A stretch of DNA of 64,000 bases from Yuukianura sp. NJ FZ-2021 (taxonomy: Eukaryota): NCBI GenBank assembly GCA_046563655.1, contig CM102287.1, positions 9,858,001 through 9,922,000 on the forward strand, written 5' to 3'. The notes beneath the pieces were generated by a model that worked only from the letters and a program-made list of their open reading frames with translations, did no database searches and was not told the origin of the DNA. A program made the position numbers and the translations under genes. Shown piece by piece: positions 12,330 through 23,685 of the stretch. Position 1 is the first letter of the stretch, and each line of letters begins with the position of its first letter.

Positions 12330-13389
12330 CACATCCAACTTCGAAACCAATACAACTCAAGTGTTCCAAAGACTGAACAACATCGTGCAAGTATTCTTAC
12401 TTCTGGAAGCAGCTAAACTCCAGTATTCTACCGTCCACTGCGGCTGCTATTAGTTGACTAAAAGTTAGTCTTGCCATTTTAGTGTTAACCATTCATAAGT
12501 ATTTTGGGATTACGAGGCAAAGGAGTATTACCATTTGCTCATTCTATTTACTCTACTGCCATGGCCTCTATTTTCATAAAAGATAATGTTTTTCTTGTTG
12601 TGCTAAAACCTTAGGTTATCCATTATCAATCTTAGTTCGCGTTATCAATTAAGTTAGGCCTTGCGAAATCTAACTTACTATTACGTAAGTTGAACTTCTC
12701 AAGAACATGAAATAAAATGTTGCTGGTCATTTGATACTTTGTGCATCATTGCATCTGTTCCATTTTTGTCAGTTTAAGCCTCAATTAGTTGACTAAAATT
12801 TTAATTTTTAATTACAAGCTAAACAATTTGCAAAGTTTTCAGCTCACTGTGCTATTTTTATCCGGGTTTTCCGGGAAGTTAGCCGTGCCGTGCCATCTTC
12901 CATTCCATCTCCGAAGGCCAACTGCATCAGGTGATTTTGTTTTGACTCAAATCAGCAAATCTTTGCTCATTTTTATTCAATTGACATTGATTAGACTTAT
13001 TGGTACACTTAATTGTAATTAACTAGTCAAAAACTTAATTAAGGTCAGATCTCGAGCAGTGCTGTGGAGACATCGGTTCTTGTTCAGTGGAATCCAATAA
13101 TCTCGGAAAGGTAATTACGTGATCTGTTTATAGCGTAGGCGATTCAATCGATTAGATTATGCATTGCATGTTGCTTAATCGTAAGCTTAAACTAGGAATT
13201 GAGGTTGACGTTATGTGAAATGACCATCAATCATGTTTTATTCATAGCTTAGTTCAGAAATTGTTTGCAGAATATTTAAAGACCATTCCAGCTCAGATAC
13301 TTTATCATGTGTGTTGATCGATCCATTATTCATTCCATTCCTATTTAAATACTTGTCTTTTCCAGGAAACGGACATTGTACTTGGAACC

Positions 13390-15102
13390 ATGGACGTGTC
13401 AAGGAATATCAGAGGATGGAGACATGCTGGACCACTGAATACATTAGTGAAGTCAATGCTCATAACTCTGCTGTGTTGCGGTCGCTACTTGCTACAAAGA
13501 CGATATACTTACTGGAACAGGATCTCCAGTCTCAAATTACTTATTGGCATCATCTTCAGAAGGACGACGACAACCTCTGGCCAAGTTATGGAAAGTGTCG
13601 ACTGCCAAAATACAGGAGTAGCTAAGAATGACGAGGAACAGGAATTACAAGTGACATGTGGAGGTGTTGATGACAAGGAAGACCGTTTGCAGCAAATGTT
13701 TGATGCAGCAGTCAAAGTCATTCAGCGATTGCCAAAAGACGGTATACCAATACTAATTAATCGAAACTTTCAATTAGTTTTTCTTAATTTATCGATTTTT
13801 GTTCTTCCAGGCCCCTACCAGCCCTCGAACTCAACCAAACTCCGATTTTACAGTTTGTATAAACAAGTGACAGAAGGAAAGTGTACTCAGCAACAACCTT
13901 ATCGATTCCAAATGGTGGACAGAGCCAAGTGGGACGCCTGGAACGGCTTAGGTGACATGACCAAGGTTGATGCCATGACAGAATATGTCGAGGAGCTCAA
14001 AAAAGTTAGTTGTCAGTTCTGTCCAGTTGCGATTTCGTTATGCTTTAGCTCCCACTATTCTAGATTGTGATTTTTTTTCTAGATTGTCGAAACCATGTCG
14101 TTTAGTGGCGAAGTTCAAGAATTCCTGGACACTGTCAATCCCTTTTACGAATTTGTGGCTCTACAAGATCAAGGTCAAGAAAAAATCTCCAATGTCAAGG
14201 AATCTCTGGATCAAAATCAATGGAACTCGTCTGATACGGACGTCAGTTCCACAAATACGTCAATTCATCCTACACCTATCCACATTCCTGAACAAATCGT
14301 CACATCTACGTTCATCACCAGTAACGGCTGGCCCAAACACAATGAACTCGGGAACGGAAACGTTTCTGCTGGAAACGGAGGATACTTGATGGCTAACGGA
14401 CACGTTCCACTGGATATGGATAAAGAATCGCTTGAAGACTCGCTGAACGTGGACAAGGAATCGCTGGAAGATTCGCCAACGAAGATCAATCGTCACAGTT
14501 TCGCTTCTTCTTTTCACCCTCCGTCGGCTCCAATTCATCGCCGCAGTATAACTGGCTGTACTTCGTCGGATTTTGATGACTCATTTCGACCTGTTTCCGA
14601 GGACGCTAAGCACGAAGATGTGCTGAAAGTTGATTTAGACGAATCTCAAGCCGTTACTTCCCTAACAGCTCGTCTCTCAGCTGATAACTTAACGTCACCT
14701 TCCGAGAGTGAACGATACTACAGCGGAGAGAGTGAACCCGACATAGACAGTACTATAAAAACGGCTCCTCCGGAACCGCTGTACTCCCTGCCAGGAAGCT
14801 CTTCATCGACGGTCCGTTTCAGACAAAACAGTACGATCGAAGTTAATCGGATTCTGCAAAATACGGTAGACAGACTCAATCGAGATGTTGATCACATCGT
14901 GGCTAGAATTCGACTTCTGGAAGCCGCTTATGCCACAAATGAACAGCTCAACCTTACCAACAGCTTGGTCAATCGCAGGAGGTCACTCTTTGGGGTCAGC
15001 CGATCTGCTTTGGCACTCATCTTGACATGGCCATTTGTTGCCTTCTTTATCATCGAACTGGTCAAACGGTGGTTGAGAAGACGTCGACGCGGAAGATTTT
15101 GA
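13390..15102 (+). CDS. ACBD5: ACBD4/ACBD5-like acyl-CoA-binding, tail-anchored membrane protein, ~521 aa; exons 13390-13741, 13811-14004, 14083-15102 (start could instead be ATG 13588)
   Basis: ACB domain (FDAAVKVIQRLPKDGPYQPS...FYSLYKQVTEG...RAKWDAW...AMTEYVEELKKIVETM), an acidic Ser-rich linker, a coiled coil (LNRDVDHIVARIRLLE) and a C-terminal TM (ALALILTWPFVAFFII) followed by a basic tail. This is the ACBD4/5 architecture. Confidence 0.85.
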
Positions 15103-15749
15103 ATTTTTGAATTTGGACTGAAACGCTCCCGCCAAAACGAATCAAAGCAAGTTACCATTTTTTATTTAATTTTTAACTTATTTTGTTCTCATTTTACCAG
15201 AGCTTATTTTCAGAGGGTTTACTTAATTACAGTTACCAAGTTATTTAATTAACTAATTCAATTAAGTGATTCAAGTCATTCAACTAATTCAATAAGTTCA
15301 GTTACAGAAACTAGAGAAAGTGTAAGTGCAAGACAAATAGTGAACCAGTCAGAAATAAAAAATGGGTGCTGAAGTCCTTTAGGACATCACACTTTCAAAA
15401 AATTTTAAAACAACTTTTCAAAATTTCGACAACTTAAATAGCAAAAACATTTTTTAACTGATTACGAGAACGCTTGGATTTTATTTATCTAAAAGTTACA
15501 TTTTTTCTGGATTCACACTGTTTTAATTTTTGGATGGTAGCAAAATCTTACAATTTTTTGAAATTTCGAAACTTAGAGTCGGAAAAAACCGTTTTAGGCT
15601 AACAAATTCTCTAAAGTTTAACTTCCTCAGTCATGGAAAAGCTAAAAATTTTCTAAATTTTACTTTTTTTAAAACACCATCACATCTAACTTTGAAGTTT
15701 TTGTTGACTTCCAGCGCCGACGCTGGAGCGTTGATCTCTGTCTGCTCAA

Positions 15750-15817
15750 GCCCTTATCAGTTCTCCGTCCAGTTGAAGTGTTACAACAACGAACACCGGA
15801 CAGGCGAATTGATAAGG
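15750..15817 (-). ncRNA. mir-184: microRNA mir-184 precursor; mature miR-184-3p = 15771..15750
   Basis: Reverse complement of 15750-15771 is TGGACGGAGAACTGATAAGGGC, identical to arthropod miR-184-3p as I know it. The other arm CCTTATCAATTCGCCTGTCCGGT (15817..15795) pairs with it and begins like miR-184-5p. The loop is ~23 nt. Confidence 0.95.
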
Positions 15818-16031
15818 AGTCGAAACAGATCATTTCCAGCATCCTAGACCTTCAAAATTTCCAGAATTTCCAGAAAAGCGTCTTCCAGATCTTCACTTTC
15901 CGAAATTTTTCAGCGCCAGCAGCGTCTTCCAGTTCCAAATTCCAGTTTTTCCTCAAATTCTCTCAAACGCCTGAACCTGGAACCTCAAAAACAAAAAAGT
16001 GACACCTTTATGACAAGTGACAGTTTTGTGA

Positions 16032-18983
16032 TTAATAATTTAGTTCTTCCAGACACTTCTCCAGGAAAGGTGGCTGGAAAGCGTCCAGGTTCCAGCGCTG
16101 TACTGCTTCCAGCCCCACTTTGACGCTGAAACAGCTGCTGACTGTGCTGGTGCTCCAATCGCTGCAACGTGGCGCTTGTAGTATCTCTGCCACACACATT
16201 AGGAGAAGGAGAGCCAACCTAGATAGAGAGACCACAGAAAGTTTAAATTAGAGGAATGAGGAAGTGAGTAATTAATTGTTGAGACTATCACCCTGGCCTC
16301 AATTGGTGATAGACAGACCGTGCCCACCGCGGTGGGTTGACACGCCGCCGCGGTGGGCACGGTCAGAGGTCAATTATTTTCAAAATTGTTAACAATGAGG
16401 AGGGGGGAGGTTGGGGGCGGTGGGTGGAAGATCAAAGGAGAACCAATTTGGAAAGCATCATTCTTAATTTGAGGAGAAAGTGAAGGGGCTCTTCTTGACG
16501 CTTCTTCGCTTCCATCGATTTTTATCTTTTTTTTCCTCATCTCTGCCTCGCCGCTGCTTCGATTCCAGCCGGCCTCGCTTTCTCTTCTTCCTCTACCAAA
16601 AAAAAAAGTTGGTCTGTTCCAACTTCCAGCGTTGTTTGAAATCCCAGAGCTCCCCAGCCTTTCTTCTGCACAAAAAAAGTAGAATTGAGTCCAACTTGAG
16701 AGTGGAGTGAGTCGTTCCATTCATTGAGTCTCAAAAGAACCACACAGAATAAGCTTCTGGCCAAAAAACTACATCAGACGAACGATGACCTTTGACCTTT
16801 TGGCAACTCTCACTCCAGTTTCTTCGAACATCCAACTGCCAAAAATCGCTGAATCGCTGATCGCTAACTTCCAGAATCCAAGCGATTTCTAGAACGCCAG
16901 AATTCTAGAATTCCAGAATTCTTCAGTTTCAGAATCTCTGAAAAAAATAAAAACAATCAATCACAAATCAAACTTTCACTTAAATTATTCAACTTAAAAA
17001 TTCAAAATTCCTCAAAAATATTGAGGAATTTCTTAAAAATCGGTTTTCATGAATTTTTTTTTTAATATTCATCGAACTGGATCAACAAGGAACTGGTAGC
17101 CTCGTCTGGAAAAGTTTTTTTTTCCGCGCCCGAAGCGCGGAATTTTTTATTGAAAATTTTCAATGAAACGAGATAAAATTTGGGAATTGACGGGGTCAAA
17201 AGTCTTTGTGGAGGTCAAGTGCTAAAGTGTGAACATTTTTCCACTCGACTCTTATTTCATCTTCGTCAAGTGTGAAACTTTTTTTCCTTTCGGAAAAGTT
17301 CTTCTGTTACCCGTATTTTTCCCAGAAAAAGAGAAAAGACGATAGTGAAAGTTCCGTTTTTTGTGTGTTCTTTCACTCTCCTGCTGCGTTGACTAGACTT
17401 TTTTTTTTTATACAAGGGTAAGGAATTGATCCTGATCTTTCGATTTCCTCTAGAAACCGAAGAAGAGGAGCAAAAGATGACATGACAGGATAAGATACGT
17501 TATAGTACGTTACGCCAAGATTCCCAAAAAAGGCGGGAAAACGGAGAAGGAGAAAAGACTTTTTGAATTAGGCGATATTTGTCTCACTTCCGCCCAACCA
17601 ACTTTCGTCGCCTTATTTGTCCTTTACTTTGTGCATTGCAAGACTTTTCCCCCCATTTCCCACTTTTCCCCAACTCTTTTCTCTTTTTCTTCTCTTTAAT
17701 TAAGATTCTTAGCCCAGATGCCTTTGCTCACTTTCAAATTTTCAAAACTTTTCTTCCTCTTCTTCTTCCCGGGTTTTGAAACTCTTTTGCTCGAATTCTC
17801 CCAAACTTAAGATTTTGTGTGAGAAGAATTTTGAAAAGAGACTTGAAATGAGAGACTTTCTTTTCTTGAATGCTTTTGTGTTTTTGAGACTACTCTTTTT
17901 GAAGGTTGGAAATTTGAGAAGCCGGGAGCGCTCAATTGAGTTTTCTTCCACAAATTCTTATACTGTTGGAGGGACAAACAAAATTTAACAAAAACGGAAA
18001 GTAGTAGGAGGGAAGGCAATTAACGGCACAAAGCAAACTTCAAATATTTTCTTAGGCTTGTTCCATTTCTGATCATTCCTACGTTCAGTCTGCTCAATTT
18101 TGGACGATGAGTAACAATGGCCAAAAACTAACAATGAAAATGTCTCTTGAGGCTTATGGGGAAACTATTTTAAGAAATTGTAACAAAAATTTTGAAAAAA
18201 ATTTTGACGAAAACGTAAAGTTCAAGTCTATCTTCCCGATTTTGATTTTGGTTCGAAACTGAAACATTTCTAGAAAATCTCTCCTCTTCTTGAGATTTTC
18301 TAGAACTCTTTCAGAGATGAAGGTGAAAAAATCTCGAGTTTGAAAAGTTCCAGAGATTTTAATTTTATTAAAAAGTCAAACCAGATCAGGACTTTGAGAA
18401 ATGAAGGAAAACGAGCAAAAGAGGGAAAACTTCATTAACTTTTCAGTTTCTTTTTCCAAAAAACTAACTTTTTCATGTTTCAGGACTTGAAAAATTCGAA
18501 ATAGCACTGCGTAAGAGTCTGAAAACTTGATTAACAGATTTAAATTAAGTTAAAAACTAACGTTTTTCAAAGATCCGTCATTAGTAAAAAAAAACAGAAA
18601 CACTGCATTGATCCATCTCAGTATGAGTTCCATTTGGGTTTAAAATTGTTGTTAATTTTTGTTATTTGGCAAATATTTGCAGAATTTCTTAGCTTGGCAG
18701 CACAGAGTAGTACTGCGGCAGTACTTCCTGCTGAAAATGTGCTGGCAGTATTTTCAAGTTTCTAGAAAGTAGAATTGGTTTGTATCGCTTACCAACTTTT
18801 AGCGATGATTTGGCCTTGGTGGTGGTTAGGACGATGAAGATGCGTGGTTTGTTGAGAAATGATGTCATGAGTGGTGCTAATCCTTGATGTTGGAAGCTGA
18901 AGAGTGTGGATTTGGCCTGACACTGGCCTGGATGTTAATTGAGAGAGTGATGCTGTCTGGAGTTGCTGGATGGAGTGATGCAT
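16032..18983 (-). CDS. Putative 125-aa spliced ORF in the likely mir-184 host transcript (exons 18983-18793 and 16218-16032); may be non-coding
   Basis: Strong donor (TG|GTAAGC at 18792) and pyrimidine-rich acceptor (TCTCTCTATCTAG|G at 16219) are phase-compatible, giving ...IIAKSW|LALLLLMCVAEILQAPRCSDW...EELNY*. No family recognised. Confidence 0.35.
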
Positions 18984-21900
18984 GCTGGAAGCGAGGCGGT
19001 GAGGAAATGGAGGCCAAACCTCTGGCTACAATTTATATCTCCCAATTCCTATCACACAACATGAAAAAATAAAGAGTCGGTTGGTGGTTGTTATTTAACG
19101 AACCACTTTAACCTCCTTATTTATATAACTCCTTTATCTGCCCAATACACCGCACATGTCGTAGGGAACAGTTTAACATGGCCACAAATACTCACCAGAG
19201 TCTGGCCAGGTCAAAGGTCACGCACTTTTAAAACGGGCAGCAAATCCACAAGGAATGTAAACACTTCTTTGTTTTCTGTGAATCCTGCTGCGTCTGCGTC
19301 AAAGTGCTTTTGGCTTTCCGGTTTTTGCGAATGACAGTCACGAAATTTCAAATTTTTAGAAAATTTAGGTTTTACATAGATTCCTGGACATTCTAAAGTC
19401 GAGGACTGTCTTATGTCATGTCCGTGTATCAAAATTGAACCTTGGGCAACGCGGTAGCGTTTGAATTTTAAAAATTTCTCGAAAATTTTGATTTAAAAAA
19501 AAACGAATAGAAAATTTTGGAACCGTTGAGTTGGCATACTTTGAAAAAAAAAGAACAAATTTTTAGTCTTTTAGCGAAATCTTTAGTCGTGTCGTCAGAG
19601 GTGAGATTTGGTTAGCCTGAAACACGAGATTATTAGTAACCAAGTGAAAGTAGTAACCACTCTTGGGAAGTCCATCCAGGAAATGGTTACGAATCAGTTG
19701 TGTGAGGTTACCTGTGGTAACCACCGTGTCAGTGGTTACCATAAGAGTTCCTTAATGACTTTGTCTTGCTGTCATCATTTTGTGACATGTGGTTTGTGGC
19801 CACTCATTAAGGCTTGTCCTCATTGTCTTTTAATTACTCCCCACCTTAAGACCAAATGTTTCCAAAATTAGCACTCTGAGCCTCTCAACTTAACATTTGA
19901 ATTGAATACTTAACAGAAACTGACATTGAACACTTTGAAAAAGTTCTGGAAGTTCTCCATGCTAATCATGACTCAAATGTTACAATTTTGGAATTGACTT
20001 TCACTTTCTCCTGGAAGGAAAAGTTGACCTTCCAGCCAAAATAAGTCTCAGAATAGAGTCATTTTCAGTCCAGTTTCAAATGTCAGGAAAAGACAATTCA
20101 AACCTCCCCGCTACTCCCATTTTGGCAACATTTCAAAAAAAGTATCGATTTCATGAAATCAAATCCAAAATCGTTTTCTGACTGTCTAGAACATTTTCCC
20201 TCCAATTTTCAAAATTTTCTCGGCGCCATTTCAAAAAATTGCAGGAAATTCTCGTGCAAATTCTTTGATTTTTTTGAAGTTCTCTTTCCAAGATTTGTCA
20301 ACTTTTTCTTTATAGAAATGAATACTTTAGATTCAACACTTAAGGAAAATGATTATTTCGAAATTTTGAAAAAGTGAATTTTGAAATTGAAGTGAAAGCA
20401 TGTACGTAGAGGATAGAGTGTTAACTTTTTTGTAATCTTGTGGCTGTTTGAATGTGTTGAAACCGCAGGAAAGAGTGTTTGGAGCCCTTAATTTTAAGGG
20501 CCTGGCAAAAGATGGGCAAGAGGAAGTTGATAAATTTCCAAAGCCACAAACTGAAAGAACAAAAGACTCAAATTTCCCGGCCCATTTTTAGAGATTAAAA
20601 CTTTTAAGTTTTAATTACAATTAATCCAAAACCGCAACACCAAAACCCAGATTAGGAAAAACTTGGCCAAAACCTCCGCCTAATTGACATTTCCGCTACT
20701 AAACCAGTCATATCCAACGTCTATAATTATGCTTAGCCTAACTTGAACTTCAACTCTCAACTTTTTGATCACAAGAGATCCAAATTTCAAAATTTTCATT
20801 CCAAGTACAAAAAAAAACGAAATTTTATGATTCTACAAATTGCAAATGTCGAATTCCAAGAAAATTGAGTGAAAGTGTTGCAACGTTGAAACACCGTGTT
20901 AAAATTTTCTGAAAACTGATTTGGAAAATTTTCATTTCTGAATCAAAGGTTGGGTTTTGTAGAAATTGTGAAAACATTTGTTGAAAAATGAGACTTTTGC
21001 GTTCAAAATTTTTCAAAATTTGGACAAAAAAGTACGAAATTTTAGTTTCCTCTAGTTTTTTGTTTGTATTTTTGAATGAATCTGTGCGTGGTGTGAGTTG
21101 ATTGATGGTGATCATAGGGAGCGTTTTTGTGCTTCTAATTTTTTGTGATGATTTGAGGGTGGTTAGGCAGGAGAAGGCTTGTTTGAGCGAGATAAAGGAA
21201 GCTGTGAATGGCTTTTCCCCTTCCACAACAAGGAATTTATATAATATATTTATATAAATATAAATATAGAAATGTATTAAGTCTCAAAAGCCCACAGATC
21301 AATTTTTTAACAAAGACTTTTCATCTGTCCTCTTTCCTTCCTACTCCGCAGTCTCTCTCTCCCCACTTCCACGCTCCCTTTTCTTCTAACAGTGCTTTGA
21401 CTTTTTAAAATACTGAGCCAAAATTCTCATCGATTCAAAATTTAACAAAATTTTAAAATTTTGGTTCTATTTTTGTAAAAAAAACTTGGTTGCGCAATAT
21501 GAACTGGCATTGAACTTGAGCAAAAATTTCACGGGATTTTCATAGAAAAATGTGAGCGGCGTTGAAGCAAAATCAAAATTCAGAAAAGAAAATCCATCTT
21601 ACCGAAATTTTTGGAGTTTTCGATGAATTTTCAGCTTCAAAATCCCCATTTTCGGTGTAAATTTTAGGTTTTCTTGGAGAAAAGCCTATTTTTTGTCCAC
21701 CGTAAGCGTGTGCGGAAGATGCTGATTAGTTACTCCCTGCGTTTTGGTGGGTTTTGGGGTGTGAGCGTGACGTGGAGCACTTTGGGAGGCTGAAGCTCAG
21801 TTTCCGTCATCACCCTCCGACGTATCCGGACTTCCTAGTTCCAGTTGAGGCTTCGGAAGAAAGCGACTTTCTCCCTCCACTTTCTCCCTTCAGCATACTC

Positions 21901-23329
21901 TCCGCCATCTGCTCCAACCTCCACTCCCTCACAACTCCAAACAACCATACAAGATGCCCCTCTGTCACAAATAACACCAAAATACACTCCATTTTACTCT
22001 AAAAACTAACCTGATCCAACAAAAACGTAACCTAACTAGCCTAATTTCCAGCCTAACTAGCCTAATTTCCAACAAAACTAGCCTAAAATTTGCTTCTACT
22101 CAAAGAAAAAACTGCTAAAAAGTTAATTTTTTAAATAGTTTGACTTACCGTAAAGATTCTTTGTGGAGCCCAGAGTAGGTTGAAGTTAATTTTCAGAAGT
22201 TGAGTAATTTTGGCCTAAATTAGGCTATTAACCTAACAATTTGTTAGCCTAACAATACTTTGGCTTGAGATTTAGGTTTTGGTCCATGAGGGATGCTGGG
22301 GTGGAAAGATGGTGGAGTGGAGGGAGATGACGAGAGAATGGAGCCGCTGCCTTTGCAGTCCCACTTTTTTGAGTCTCCCGAATCCGGGTAGTTTGAGGGT
22401 TCTGAAGGGAGATGTTCAGCTGCTGCATCTTCCCCCTCCTGGTCCATGCGCTTTCCCTTCTCTCTACCTTCCACGTCACTACCATAACCTAACCCCAACC
22501 TAACTTTTAGGTTATTCTCTTAGCCTAACTTAGGATGGACAAATACAGAGGAATCAGAGGGAAAGGTCTCAAATCTCTCCAGCCATCCATTACTCCTCCT
22601 GCTGCAGAGGATGCACGAAATAATGCTAAAGTTCATCCATATGCTTAGTCACTTCATCCCAGACCAACAACACGGGGCTCAAGAGGTCCTCAACCCCGAA
22701 CACCCCCCCCCCATCTAGAAGGGGGGGGGGTCATGCATAAGTAAACGGTCACCAGTACACTGATTAATTCCTGCAACCCCCCCCCCCCTTCGCTTGGACA
22801 GAGACAAAAGGCGGGTATTTTTCGGGGGAAAAGAAAAAGTTTCGGAGGGAAAACAAAAATTTGGGGGCGGGAGAGACAATTTTCGGGTGAAAACAAAACA
22901 AAAATGGAAATTTTTCCAAAAATTTTGAATTTTAAATGAAGCAAAGTTAGAAAGTTTCAGAAATTTTGTACAAGTAGGAGCCGGGCGCTAAAAGAAGCTT
23001 TACGGTAATCGGAACGACGAAAATGGATGGATCGGTTTAAGACCTAAACTCGGAAGAGGAACAGATGAACTAAATTTTTCATTTTTGTTGTAAATCTTTT
23101 GAAAATTTTTTGTAGTCTCTTCACTTTAGCGTTCCTGTGAGACTGAAGTGAATAATTTAAAAGTGCCATTTAGTTTTTAAACTCTGAGAAAGTAGCAACT
23201 GATCTCCATTCCACCCGATCACTTTCACTCCATCTTAACACGCCGACCACTCAAGGAACAAAGTACAGTCTTAATTGACGTCTCTCTCATACTAATTACA
23301 CTCCAATTCTACTATTCTCCAATTAACAC

Positions 23330-23685
23330 TTCTTTTACACGCATTTTACACGTATTTTTACACACATTTCCATTTACACACATTCTGCTCCCTGATTTAC
23401 AAATGGTAGTACACTGTTTACACACAGTTTTCAAGGTACACACAGATTTCCTTCTACACGCAATTTTCACTTTACACACAGTTTTCACTTCACGTGCAAT
23501 TTTTATTACACATACAGTTTTCGCTTTACACTCAATTCTCACTTTACACGCAGTTTTCAATTTAACACGCAGTTTTCACTTTACACGCAATTTTTGCTTT
23601 ACACTCAATTTCACTACACACACAATCTTCACTTTACACACAGTTTTAACGTTACACGCAACTTTCATTATACACGCATTTTTTG
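23330..23685. repeat. Degenerate ~18-bp minisatellite (consensus about TTTTCACTTTACACRCAR)
   Basis: Recurrent ttttcactttacacacag/ttttcactttacacgcaa units. They explain the spurious repetitive ORFs on both strands. Confidence 0.85.

Noticed and set aside
17122..17142. Short GC hairpins resembling intrinsic terminators (also ~62031-62048)
   Set aside because: Bacterial terminators are irrelevant here, and 7-8 bp stems are expected by chance in this palindrome-rich DNA.
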